64,000 nucleotides of DNA, from assembly GCF_009914755.1 (NCBI RefSeq), contig NC_060926.1. One strand, written 5' to 3'. The notes under the pieces are model-generated. The model searched no databases. It was not told the DNA's origin and was given only the letters and a program-made list of their open reading frames with translations. The stretch is from the human T2T-CHM13v2.0 reference genome, Homo sapiens. Made by a program: the position numbers and the translations under genes. Below, one piece after another: positions 29,304-41,707 of this stretch (within the stretch, counting starts at the first letter, position 1; every line of letters starts with the position of its first letter).

Positions 29304-29490
29304 CGCCGGCCGCGGGCCCGGGGCGCGGCCGCCGCGCGCGCCACCCCCGCTGCCTCCCCGCCCCCGGCGGCCCCGGAGCACCCCCACCATCCCCTGCCCC
29401 CTCCCCCACCGGATCGCCCCAGCCCCCTCCTCTTGCCCCCGGCGCAGCTGGGCTCCGCTTGGATTTCGGTGACGCTGTGGCTCTGTTCGT

Positions 29491-29491
<1 letters not shown>

Positions 29492-29521
<30 letters not shown>
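29492..29521. repeat. Pure (TGC)10 = CTG/CAG trinucleotide repeat
   Basis: Directly visible; gives poly-C, poly-A, poly-L and poly-Q runs in the ORF track. Confidence 0.97.
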
Positions 29522-30384
29522 AGCCAGGGGGAAGGGGTGGGGAGAGTTGGGGTGGGGGCGGCAGAGCAGTGTGGAGAGCAGTGCCCCTCCACTCGTTTGT
29601 TGCCTCTTGGGGTCAGGACCTCCCCGCCTGGGCCAGCCCAGCGGACGGCCCCGGTGCGCGCTCGCCTTGCGCCACCGCCTCCGGGACCCAGGCGGAGCGC
29701 GCCACTCAGCCCGGGAGGTGGGGCCGGGCAGTGACCCCGCGCGAAGTGCCAGTGCGGAGGGCGGGGGTGGTTACCGAAAGATGTAATCCCAGGAGGGGCC
29801 GCCGCCTTCGCTGTCCCCTACCTGTACCCTCTCTTTATCCTACCCTCCATTCCCCGACCCTTTTCTCCCTCTCTTCTCCCCGTTCTTTTCTACTCCCCTC
29901 ATTGCTTTTCTCAGACCGGCCTTAGGGTTGAGAACCTGCTCAAGAGGTCGCCTTCCAAAGGCTGACCTTGCCAAAGCCACCCACGTCTGTGAGAGCTTTT
30001 CCAAAGATTGACTCTTTCCTCATCTTTGTGGCCCGAGGGTTCACTTTTTTTCCGTAGGGTGGAACTCTTTCTCCTACAGAGGCTTTTTAGACGAGTGTCT
30101 TTGTGCTGCGGTTGGCACAGCAGTACTAGGAGGTTAGGTAATGACAGGGGAGGAAAACAAAGGCAACAAATAGGGGGAAAAAGGGAGGGCAATGTCACCA
30201 ACAACAGAGGGGGCTTTCTGTATTCCCAGAAAAGATGGTTTCCTTTGCGGAATGCTTCCAGCATCATCGGCATGCAACTGACATATTTGCTTTGTACAGA
30301 GAAAAACAAATTCTTAGGTCCTTCAAGTTAACCTCTATTTTCCTTTCAATAAAACTTTAAAAAAATGTTTAGTGCATTCAGTAG

Positions 30385-30420
30385 TTTGCTTTTTCTCTTT
30401 CTTTTGCTTCCTCTTTCCAG
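30385..30420 (+). other. Strong candidate 3' splice acceptor
   Basis: tttgctttttctctttcttttgcttcctctttcCAG|aacc, 1.1 kb downstream of the donor at 29296. Confidence 0.45.
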
Positions 30421-33400
30421 AACCTTAGTTAATATCTGTGTCCTATTTGGGAGAAAATCACAGCCAGGACTAGCTGTGGAACAGAGCAGGACTGGAGTTG
30501 GTGACATTTAAGCAGCCTTGACTGGGGGCCAGGGCAGCAGAACCAGGCCCAGTTGCTTCTCTTGCATACGTCTTTTTGAGGCTCTGACATCACACTGCTG
30601 CTGGGTTGCTAATGCACCATTGTAAATCGTACAGTGAATTGCTGTATTACCTGAGAAAGAAAATGCTGGCATTAAAAACAATCTTTTTTGCATTATCATA
30701 GCAATCATATCTTCTATACAAAAAAGGATTCAAGCGAATTCTTGATTCATAATTTTTATTATACCCTGTGGAAGGCCCATCTGGAATAAGATATGCACGT
30801 ACTATTTCTCTTCTTCCCCTTGAAGGTGGCAAACACTAGGTGGTTGGTTCTCATTTGTTAGATTACACCAAATTATGTCTATTTTTTGCTTAATCACCAA
30901 AGCAACTTTCTATCCAGCTCACTACATGTTTAGTAAAGCAAAACTTATTTCACAATTACTATTTGGCAGGTATAGCCCATCACCTTACCATCCCACTACT
31001 CAGTTCTTTTTGACCCATTGACATTTTAAAAAGTAAGGTTTATCTTCAGAGAGCAGAATAGAAATGAGAGTGGGTAGCGAGTCTTAGCTAACTCAAGAAC
31101 TCAGGACTTAGTGGAGTTAGAAGCTTTCAGTGAAGATTGCACATGTGTATTTTCAGTTTTGTGGACATGAGAAACACAAAGCTGGTGGTTTCATAAAGAG
31201 CTTCTACCCAGACACTTAACTCACCAGTTAGCTTGAGATCGCATTACTCAGTAACCCCAAGCACATTCTCATAAATGGATTTTATGTTGACTCCTTGTCC
31301 ATATCAGTTCAGAGATCATAATCATGGAAGAAAGTGAATTGCCTTCCACAATGACTTTAACAGAAGTAGAAAGATCAGCCTATGGGTTATAGATCTTGCT
31401 GACCCATTAAGGGTCAGTAAATTAGTAGACTGCACTTGAGTTGACACTTCTGATCCCAACTTAATGTGTTGATTAACTCATGGCTGCCATCTTCATTATG
31501 GGCTATTAGCACATTGTTAAGCCTGATCTTAGAGTAAGAAATTGTTTTTATGTTTACTTTTTGGTTCCCAAGGTTAATCAATATTCATTATGGCCTTACT
31601 GTTTTTCTTTAAACTGAGGAGGTTAAATAAGTCCTTCTATAGAGAAAAGAAAATTTAATACTATATATATGAATTTGGGATGCAAAATATGGGATGGAAG
31701 AATTTTGCAATATACACACATATATCGTTAGAAACACCATCTCCAAATGTAAAAATACTTATTATATATATACATATTAAGAAATTTGAATCTACATCTT
31801 TCTCATTGGTAGCTAGCATCCTTTCTTACTCTTGTGTGTGCATTTGAATGACAGACAAATTTAATGTATGATATTTAAACCTCCAATGCTGGTTTCTGGA
31901 AATTGCTGTGTAGAAATAGTCAATGCCTAAGTCTAGACCTTGTCTACTAGTTAAGTGTAAATTGTAGGCTCCAGTGAGGCAGATATCTGTGATCAGTTTA
32001 AGCTAGAAATCAATCTCTAGACTGCATTATTACATCCATGAAGCATTTCTTCTTTCCTGGTTTTCCTGAAGTTTCAAGGTAGTTGCAGTCCTGGTAGTCT
32101 GGGTATCATCAGTAAGTACTCTGTAGTCTCACCATTTGGTAATCAGTATGTCAATAATGCTGGGAAAACTGCTTAAGCTCGCAAGATTTATACTCCCAAC
32201 CATGTAATAGATAAGAGTTGCATAGGTCGTTCCACATGGAACTTCATTCCAAACTCAATCTGTTCTTGTGTCAGCTAGGCCCCAAAGTAACAATTTCTGG
32301 TAGGGGTTTTTGGATCTATTACTTGGCAAACATTTATTGAAACTCAAGCAAAAACAAAATGTAATGAAACCCATTAGTCTACAGAAAAATATAAGGAGAA
32401 TTGGGATATTTTTCTGCCTCTGAAATCAAGATGAAGAAGGGTGTTGAGGAAGCCTGATAGTATCAATAACAAAGGAATGGTCCCCCAAATCATGAGAGGC
32501 CACTGAATTTGTCAAAGAGGAGGTCATTGATAACCTTACCATGGGCATTGACTGAGGGTGTAGATCGGAGGGCAAGATTGTGGGAGGGTAAAGAAGAAGA
32601 AGATGGTGAGAAAGCTATGATAGATAATATTAAATTTGAATATCTCAGGATGACATTCTTGAAAGGTACTGTAGTTGGCAAATCCTCTGTTCACAAGGCC
32701 AGTCTCAGAGAAAATAGTATCTTAGTAGAAACTAAATTTTAAAAGTGTTAAGTACATTAAAAACTTTACAGCAAATAAAAGCCGAGGAAGGCACCTGCCT
32801 TCAAAATTAGCCACATTGTTGGCATTAAAAGCCTGTACCAACAGGTAATCCCCTTGAATCATCTTCTTTAGTCGTTCAGGGACACATGGCTGCAGAATTG
32901 TGATCTGCTGAGTACAAGTCTCCAAGCTCTAGGGTACACAGATTATTTTTGGTTTTAAAGTGTTTGAGCCCATTATTACTTGAAATTCAATGTCCTTTGC
33001 ACTTGCTTCCTCCCTTATTTCATTTCCTTAAGCCCTGCCAAACTGCTTTTGTAACCATGTAGCCTTTCTACAAATTATCTTGGTATTTAGGGGAAGTTTT
33101 TTTCCTTTTAAGGGTGGTGGTGCATCTGGTGTCGTTATCTTTAGAGTTAGAGGATGTGCTGTCAGCAGACCCCTTTCTGAAACACACAGCCCACCAGCGA
33201 GATAGCAATGTTTATTGTCTGTCCTGCCCTTTCAGGGACTGAACTGAAGCTGTAATACATAAAAACATTGTAGGTTTTAAACTTATAATGTGTAAATATA
33301 AAGTGAATTATTTAAAATTTGTCTGGCAAGAGTTTACGTATAGGTATATGTAAAAGAGGGAGACGTAAAAGCAAAACATTTGGCTTTTATTTGAATGCAA

Positions 33401-34813
33401 TCTGTAGATCTTTTTTTTTTTTTAATAAGAATTTGGCTTAATTAAGGTGGCTTTGTGGTATGCTGTGTGCTTGGAGCAGGAATGGGAGACCAGCAAGGGC
33501 TATGAGTCACAGGCTGTGAAAAACAAAGTGGGGCAGCAAAACATTCCCCTTCAACCCAGATCTTCACCCCTGCCCATCTCAGGCTAAACAGCAATATCAA
33601 CAACCATGGCCATAGAGGTAGGCCAACTCAAATCAGTAGAATCTGCATCAAGGAAAACAGAGTAGACAGTATGTCAAAGGAGCAGCAGCTCTTGTCATCG
33701 CTGGGTTTTCAGATACATAAATCAGAGAGCTCTGTGCCAGTTAGTACCAGAGCTAGTGGAAGCAGAATCTTGTTGGAGGAAGAGGCTGGCTGAAGTTCAC
33801 TGAGAGGCCAAAGTCCCAGTCTTGCTTGCACCTGGGCTTTATTGCTACCAGAATACAAGCTAGGAACCAGGTAGATGTGTCAGAGAGCTAGGTAGACTTC
33901 ATGTGGAGATTAGGTGAGGTGTGGGTATTTGGGCTTTGCTCTCACTCCAGAACCCTTTGTTTAGGGGCAGCAGACCCAACCCCTCTTGCCAAATCCATTT
34001 CTACCAATGGGTTAGAGTGTTTATTGTTCTATTATGTCTCTGCTGTGCATGTTTATGGAAAGAGGTGAAGACTGAGTATGGCTGCAAAGATTGGATAAAC
34101 AGGGTAGAAAATGATGGGGACTGATAAAATGGAGTAACCCAATGAGACTGCAGAATTAACTAAAATTAAATTATATTATTTTATATTTATTATAATATAA
34201 TATAATTATGATATAATATTCCATAAGTACAGTATCTGAAAACAACAACCATATGCTCAGATAAAATCATGGGTCTGAGATTATATATATTCAACAATGC
34301 ACTGAAAGTTAACTTTAACTTGCTCTTAATTATGTCAGAATTCCTATATCAAGCCCTTGTGTGTGTCACAACTCAATGAAATTTTAAAATTCGAGAATAT
34401 ACTCATACAACACATTTGACACATAACCATCCTTTCCAAATGAAAGACTCTAAATATAGTCCAGGTGAAACTGAGCACTGGAAAGAGACAGTGAGTTTGA
34501 CAATGGCATTCTATTATTAGTTGCCATAGTTTCCACTGTAACAACACATTTCTTTAATTATATCTTTCTGAGGACATCACGTAAGATTTAACAGGATTGA
34601 TTAAATGACAGTAACTTTCTGGCTAAAACAAAACAACAAATATCAAACATCTTTACCATCTCGTAATTCAAGAATGGAAGAATGATATTCCATATATATA
34701 AGAGGCTCTATGAATCTCTAAGAATATCACTCAATCAAGAACACAGACAGAACTCAACATATTAAACATTCAGATCAACATCTGAAAAATCAATCTTAAT
34801 TTCACTTTTTATG

Positions 34814-35311
34814 TGTATTTTCTATTGCTGTTATAAAAAAATTACAACAAACTTCGTGGCTTAAGACAACACAAATTTATTATCTGACAATTCTGTAGGT
34901 CAGAGCTCTGATACACTTCTTGACTAAAATCACGGTGTCACCAGGGTCTTAGTTTTTTCTGAAGGCTCCTGAGGAAAATCCATTTTCTTATCTTTTCCAG
35001 CTTCTAGAGGCCACCCACATTCCTTGGCTCAGAGCCCCCTTCCTCCATCTTCAAAGTCAGCAATGTTGGATGTTTCTGACCATTCTTCCATAGTCACGTT
35101 TCCCTCTAACTACAGTTGAGAAAGGTTTCCTGCTTTTAAGCAACCACGTGATTTGATTAGGCACACCCGGATAGTCCAAGATAGTCTCCCTCTCTCATAG
35201 TCTTTAACCTTAATCACATTTGCGGAATCCATTTTGCCATAGAAAGTTTCATATTCACAGGTTCCAAGGATTAGGATGTGAACACTTTTGTTGCCCTATT
35301 ATTCTGCCTAA
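34814..35311 (-). mobile_element. MaLR LTR (MLT1C/D-like)
   Basis: ttctattgctgttataaaaaattac...acaacacaaatttattatct...ttccagcttctagaggccacccacattccttggctc...ttattctgccta. Confidence 0.85.
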
Positions 35312-35379
35312 TCTTTAATTCTGCTTTCTTCTTAACCATGTTAGAATTTAATTCTGCTTTCTTCTTAACTGTGGCCTAT

Positions 35380-35830
35380 GTTAGGCCACTCTAGAAGCAG
35401 TGGCCAAGGCAAGGATCCCAGTGCCTTTGAAGTTTAAAAATACAAGTTTCTTTGGGAGTAACACCAAAAAATGCTGATAAGGGAGTAGAGAGAAGAGACA
35501 GGAAATTAAAGAAATACAAGATAAGGTGTATTAACAAGCAAGTTACCACTGGGATATTCTGAGAGTTAGTGTAAGACTAAGAGTTATTCTAATGGAGGAG
35601 TGAGGAGTTTGTGGCATTTGTCCTCCAAATCTCTATCTTTATTGGTTTGAGCTGCTTCTAAGGGTATTATCTCTCTGGCATTGCTGGCTTGTCGTACATG
35701 TGGGCCAAGCATATTCCCCCAGCCAGGCTGAATACCTCAAGCAAAGATTATAGGTGTTCACAGCAAGCAGCTTTCAGTGTGAAGAAATGAGTGCTTGGAG
35801 TTTATGTGTGGGGCACCCATGGCTCTGCTA
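35380..35830. mobile_element. Degenerate old LTR (MLT1J-L/ERVL-like)
   Basis: aagcagtggccaaggcaaggat...tttgggag...agggagtagagagaagagacagg pattern. Confidence 0.4.
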
Positions 35831-37539
35831 CCCCACCCCCCAGATTTAGTTATTCACTAAGTCTTATGTTTTGTTATTCCTACATTAATTTCTTTGCACT
35901 TCCCTCTTTCTAGTACTACAATTGAGATCAGCCTTTCTGCATCAGTCTACTAATCTGTTCTATTCCACTCTAATTTGTGCTATATATGGCTCAAAATTTG
36001 TCTTCCTGAAAAATATGGCTTTTCGAGTATTACTTAGACAAGCAAGCAAAGAAAAGTCTCCACTGATTTCTCATTAGCTGTAGGAAAATGTGAAAAGAGA
36101 AGTCTTCAGCCTAGCGAGCCCTCAGGTAATTCCATTCTAGCCACATGATACCTTATCTTTGTCAATTCTTATGCTTATACTGTCCTATATATATCAACTT
36201 TACCCTGTCCCTGGAGACCGGAAGTATTAATCCAATTTGCCTAACTATGCTTTTGTTTTGTTCATAGTCCTTAAGTCTTCAGATCTAAGCCTGGCTGATA
36301 TGGAACTTTTCACCTGGCCCAGGTGAGACATTCTTGTCTCATTACTCATTACTTGTCTTATCACTATTTTTGAGCCCATCTTATGATTTCCTTTCCTCTT
36401 GCTCTTGATCATAGAGTTTCTTTTTCTAGGCTAATGATCTAATACCTGCCATCCTTGAAGGTTCGGATAAAACCTTTCCCTTCTTTATTTAGCCTTCCAT
36501 TAGCCCATCCCAGCTGGAAGTGAGGTATCTCTCTTCTCTGAAAGCTTTAAAACTACTATTTTAGCTTTTATTATTTTGTGTTCATAATTTTAGCTATTTT
36601 TTCATAGAATGTAAGTTTAATCACTTCAGACAGGTTCTAAGGTCTTTGAAGATAACAGAATATCATACTCTCTTACCTCTCAAATCCTAGAATATTTTGA
36701 TTGTAGTATGTACTCTTTAGCTATTTGTTGATACATTTGTCAGACACAAGTAATCTGTTTTGGAAAAGTGTGCACAGTATATTTCAAAGTGAAAACTAAT
36801 AAAGAAAAAATAATCAGTATTTCAGTGATGTGCTACTGTTGCGCTACAAAGCAATTCATTACTTGAGTTAAATGATAAAAAATCTAATTCTCTTTTTTCT
36901 TACTTCAGCAAAGCAATTTTTTTAAAGTTAAAGAAACCAACACATTTAAAACTAAGATATCTTAAAAGTATGAACAAGTTTGGATGTTTCTCCTCTATTC
37001 TTAACCTAGACCTAAGAGATGTGGTGAGGATGACAAAGTCCTGTTCCATTTTGAAAACTGCTGAAACACCCTTAAAAAGTGTTTGTACTTTTTTATTTAA
37101 AATTTTCAAATTTCCAAAACTAATTTAAAAAGAATCTAGGATACGACTTTACTTGCAAAGCATATATATCCAGTGGCTTCTTGGATGCTGGTGTTTCCAT
37201 TTTTCATTGGGGGAAAAAATAAATGCTCCATTTTCATTTTGATCTCCTTTGTCAAGTGTGAGGCCTGCAAAAGGTTGGGAAGCATGGCTAATTATTTGTT
37301 ATGGTATCAGCATAGCTTTTCTTTTGTGCATAATTTTACACCTCAGAGTCTGTGCTTTGGGGTGCTTTTTCAGTGTTGGAAATAGAACTTCACAGTGCCT
37401 TTAATCAGGCTCTTTGGACCAACAGGCATTGTAGTACTGCCAGCAGAATAGGACAAAGTTACCTGCCAAGGGGAGCATCCTTTGTTATCTCCGACCTCAT
37501 TAATACCAATCAATTGAGTTAACAATCAACACATACTGC

Positions 37540-38050
37540 TTGGATTACTCAACCCTGGGAGTTTAAAAATACTCATGCCTGAGCCCCACCTGCAGACATT
37601 CTAAGGTCTGGTCTGTGTTCTGGGCATCTGAATTTTGAAATTAGCCCTAGGTGATTCTAAAGAGCAGCCAAAACTAAAAACCACAGGTCTGATCCCTACT
37701 GTCCCCCGAAGCCTGATAGAATATGGATATCATGGATTATAGAGCTTATAGATAATATAGAAATCATCTACTCTCCTCTCTGATCTGAAACAATTTATGA
37801 GCTGAGCAAGCAGATCTGGCAGTATTAAGAGAAGTGACTCATACAACAGGAGTCACGGCTAAACTTCAGGTCTCCTAACTTACGGGCCATAGTCCTTCCC
37901 TACTTAAAGTATGGTCATGGGACCAGCAGTGTCACTTGGGAACTTATTAGAAATGCAGAACTTTAAGCCCTACCGCTGATCCCCTGAATCAGAATCTGTT
38001 TTCAATGAATTCCCCAGGAGACTCGAATTCACATACTTTTGAGAAGTGTT
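37540..38050. mobile_element. Two MER5A-type hAT-Charlie MITEs flanking a MIR fragment
   Basis: ccctaggtgattctaa (about 37645); cacttgggaacttattagaaatgcagaa...gaatcagaatctg...tttgagaagtg (37900-38050). Confidence 0.7.
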
Positions 38051-38399
38051 CATCTTTACCATTGCTTAACTGTTGTCTCTTATAGGTTAGAATCTCATTT
38101 ATCTCTGTATCCTCAACATCTAGCACAATGTCTGGGACATGTGCATTTTAAATGCATTTTTGCTACAAAAGATGTTAGACATGTACTTTAAAACATTTAT
38201 TCTTTGAATAGATGAACTTTATTATACTTTCCATATACTGTTCCATGTTTCATCTTTATGAGCCTTTATTGTGTACTTTAAGTATACTTATTTTGTACTA
38301 GGCATTGTAACTACGAAGGTAAATGAGATATTTTCTAGGAGGTCACTATCTAGTTGGAGAAGAGGGATCGTAAACAGATATAATACATGGAGTTAGAAA

Positions 38400-38464
38400 C
38401 ACAATGGAAACAGTGTGGCATAAGAGCCCACAATGGAAACAGTGTGGCATAAGAGCCCACAATG
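38400..38464. repeat. Perfect 29-bp tandem duplication (2.2 copies)
   Basis: CACAATGGAAACAGTGTGGCATAAGAGCC x2 plus CACAATG. Confidence 0.95.
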
Positions 38465-38863
38465 TTTGCCATGGGAATGTGAAGAAAGAACACTGGGTTT
38501 GGGTCTTCGGGTGGTCTTGGGGTTTGAAGGGCAAAGCTGACTTCAGATAGCTATTAGGAGCCAGCCAGATGATGGAGATGAGGGATGCAGGTAGCACTGC
38601 TCAAAGGGTGGTTTAAGAAGAGACAGCAGCCTAGGCAAAGACTCAGAGATACCTTGTGCATCAAAATAGAAGGAAAACTACACTTAAGAGTGGCTACTCT
38701 TGAGAATCCAGTAGAAGGATGACTAGAGGTGGGGTGTAGGGAAGAGAAGAGGGTTCCTGTGTTTCTTATCCACCTGGATTTAGATGTAAAGGAAAATATT
38801 TAGAAAACCAAGGAACAGCCCAAAATTTTACAACTCGGAAATATCAATATTAATTGCATGTGA

Positions 38864-39280
<417 letters not shown>

Positions 39281-39377
39281 TAAGCAAAGAGCAGTCCACT
39301 TCAATCCAGACAGAATCATATAATTCCATTACCTTCAAAGTACCTTTCCTTTTCAAATGAGACTGTGAGTTTAAAGA

Positions 39378-39675
39378 AGCATTGTCGAGTAGGGTAACTA
39401 CTAGCCACATGTAGCTGTTGAGCTTTTGAAATGTGGTTAGTCTAAATTGAATGGTGCTGTAAGTGTAAAATGCATACCAGATTTGGAAGACTTACCAAAA
39501 TAATGTAAGATATCTCAATTTTTTATATCAATGACATACTGAATTGGTAATATTTTGGATACATTGGGGTAAAAATATATTAAAATCTATTTTACCTGTT
39601 TCTTTTCACTTTTTTAATGTGAAAATTAAAATTATGTATGTGGCTCACATTATATTTCTGTGAAAAGAGTTGGCC
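39378..39675. mobile_element. MER33/MER3-type hAT-Charlie element
   Basis: actagccacatgtagctgttgagc...ttgaaatgtggttagt...gtggctcacattatatttct. Confidence 0.8.
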
Positions 39676-40603
39676 TAGATTATTTAAACCTGAAGATGCC
39701 ACCGAATAATGACCTTTCTCTTCTTACCCTGGAAACTCACTCCCATCTTCTACCCTGGTAACTGACTCCATATGGGGCTCCAGAAGCCTTGGAAGTGGTT
39801 TTAGCTTTTAAGTTGTAGAGGTAAAGTTTTTTAATAATTGTGTCAAGTTGGGATAAAGTAAAATGAATAACAGGTAAAATTTTGCCTTTATCAAGTATTT
39901 AAAATTTTTTATTTTAGTATATCTCTTAAACATCCCTGCAGTTATTTTTATTTAATGGTTATGCAAGTTTATGACTTGTCCAACTCTTTCCCTCTGAAGC
40001 CTGAATAAAATGCCATTGTCAAATACACCCTTTCTAATCTGTGTTATTTGACATACAGTAGGTAGGACAGAGCTTTAGGTTCTATTTTCACTTCAGTGCA
40101 GATGTGAAAGTTCCAGTTAATGAGAGCGTAGTGTAAGTGTTTGTGTTTCAGGAAGAAAAGGCTCCCTGAATCTGCCTTAAAGCTTTAGATATTCTGTACA
40201 GGGAATAAAGTGATAGGCTCAAATTAACTGTGGCCAGACAGATCCACATGATATGAATATAAATGTTTAAGTTTTGTTCGAATTAAGGTTCTTGGTATCA
40301 AGGAAAGTGCTTTCTCACTAGGCAAGTCAGAATCACTGTATCTTACTCCTCTGCTGGGACATATAGTATGGGTTTTTCATTGAACTCAACTATGAGATTT
40401 TATTCAAGTCCCTTATTTGGATACATTTAAAGGTAGCTTCAGTAGTCTAAAATTTTCAGTCCACATTTTTGGGGGTCTTCATAAATCTTTCCTGATTACA
40501 TCAATGGTGATGTGGTTAATTGGAAAAAAAATATGGAGGCTAGAATGTGAATTTTAGAATCAGCAGACAGGTTTTAATGCCTCACCATTTGGTGATTAGA
40601 AGC

Positions 40604-41707
40604 AGGTCACTTCACCAAAAAACAGTTTTCTGAAGGATAATTACCTCGAATTGTATTTCTCCAAAAATTACTTCTCAGAAAGTCAATTCACCAAAATCCA
40701 ATTTCCCTACTGAACACTTCATGGAATGATCAATTTGCCAAATCACTGCTTTATAAAACTTTCCTTCTATTAGGTTTCTTAAAGTTTGTAGCAAATCCTG
40801 CTGTATAAGGTGACTGTGGCAGCTTTGGGAGATAATTTAGAGGTTTAGTTTAGTTTAGTTTGGTTTTAGTTCTTCTTAGAACTGCAGCCATTTTACATTA
40901 TAGCTTATGTATTTTGAATCACAGTGTTGTGTTGTCTTAAAATCAAGGACTTCTTAAATCATAAGGATAAGGTGAGTTCCCGTCATCTAACTCATTTTTA
41001 ATCTAACCCATTGTCTTTTATACATTTTTGATTCACAGATTTGCTAACTGAATGAATCAAATGGATTACTTGTAATATATTTTAAACATACGCCTGAAAT
41101 GTGAAACATACAGGAAATGACATTTAGCTGGTTTGGACTGACAAATGTGCTACAGAATTGCTGGGCTGAAATGGCTAGGGCAAAATTAAAAAGTAAACTA
41201 AAACTAGGACTAAACACAATTAAACTAAATATTCAAAATATCATTAAGGGTATTGAACCATCCCATGCAATTTGCTAGAAATTTTATAAAATGCAGAAAG
41301 TTTATGGCTTCTATCTCTTTGGTATGTTAACTTGGTACTGGTTTGTAGGAAGATTTGAGATGAAAGACAATAGCGTTGTAAGTGGTAGAAAATAAGCTGG
41401 AATGCCAGAAGGGATTTTATAATGGACCATGTAATTGAGACCTCAAATTTGATGTATACTAATTACCAATACAAAGTGAATTTAAATTCCTAAAAATTGT
41501 TGCCATGAAGATAAAATGAAAACCAGTCAACTAAAACTAGAAATAATATTTGGAAGCTTTAATTACTATGAATAATATTAATTGCTTTAAAAGTTGGACA
41601 TAGTTTAAAGAAATAATTTTTTGGTAAATTTAGCAAATTGGCCATTCTTCATATTTATTATTTCGCAAATTGTCCATTTGATGAATAGATTTTTAGCAAA
41701 TTGACCT
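40604..41707. mobile_element. Foldback-type element with long imperfect inverted arms and ~15-bp subrepeats, inserted in a MIR; family not recognised
   Basis: Terminal AGGTCACTTCACCAAAAA versus reverse complement AGGTCAATTTGCTAAAAA (14/18); inner arms 40750-40900 and 41150-41310; MIR halves on each side. Confidence 0.6.

Larger units (their letters stand above)
28540..29900. promoter_or_regulatory. CpG-island promoter with no associated protein-coding gene in the window
   Basis: Abrupt rise in GC and CpG in non-repeat DNA; GC box GGGCGGGG 29064-29071, AP-1 TGACTCA 28813-28819, TATAAAA 28969-28975, FOX TGTTTAC 29199-29205, SOX-like AACAAAG 29178-29184, YY1-like ATGGCGG 29190-29196. Confidence 0.9.

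Noticed and set aside
29789-29802. Possible CTCF site CCAGGAGGGGCCGC flanking the CTG repeat
   Set aside because: Two mismatches in the core motif; such matches are common in GC-rich DNA
29188-29925. Long overlapping ORFs with polyQ/polyC/polyA/polyL as real genes
   Set aside because: GC-rich stop-poor DNA, mostly non-ATG starts, no recognisable domain; the + strand ones lie downstream of the splice donor
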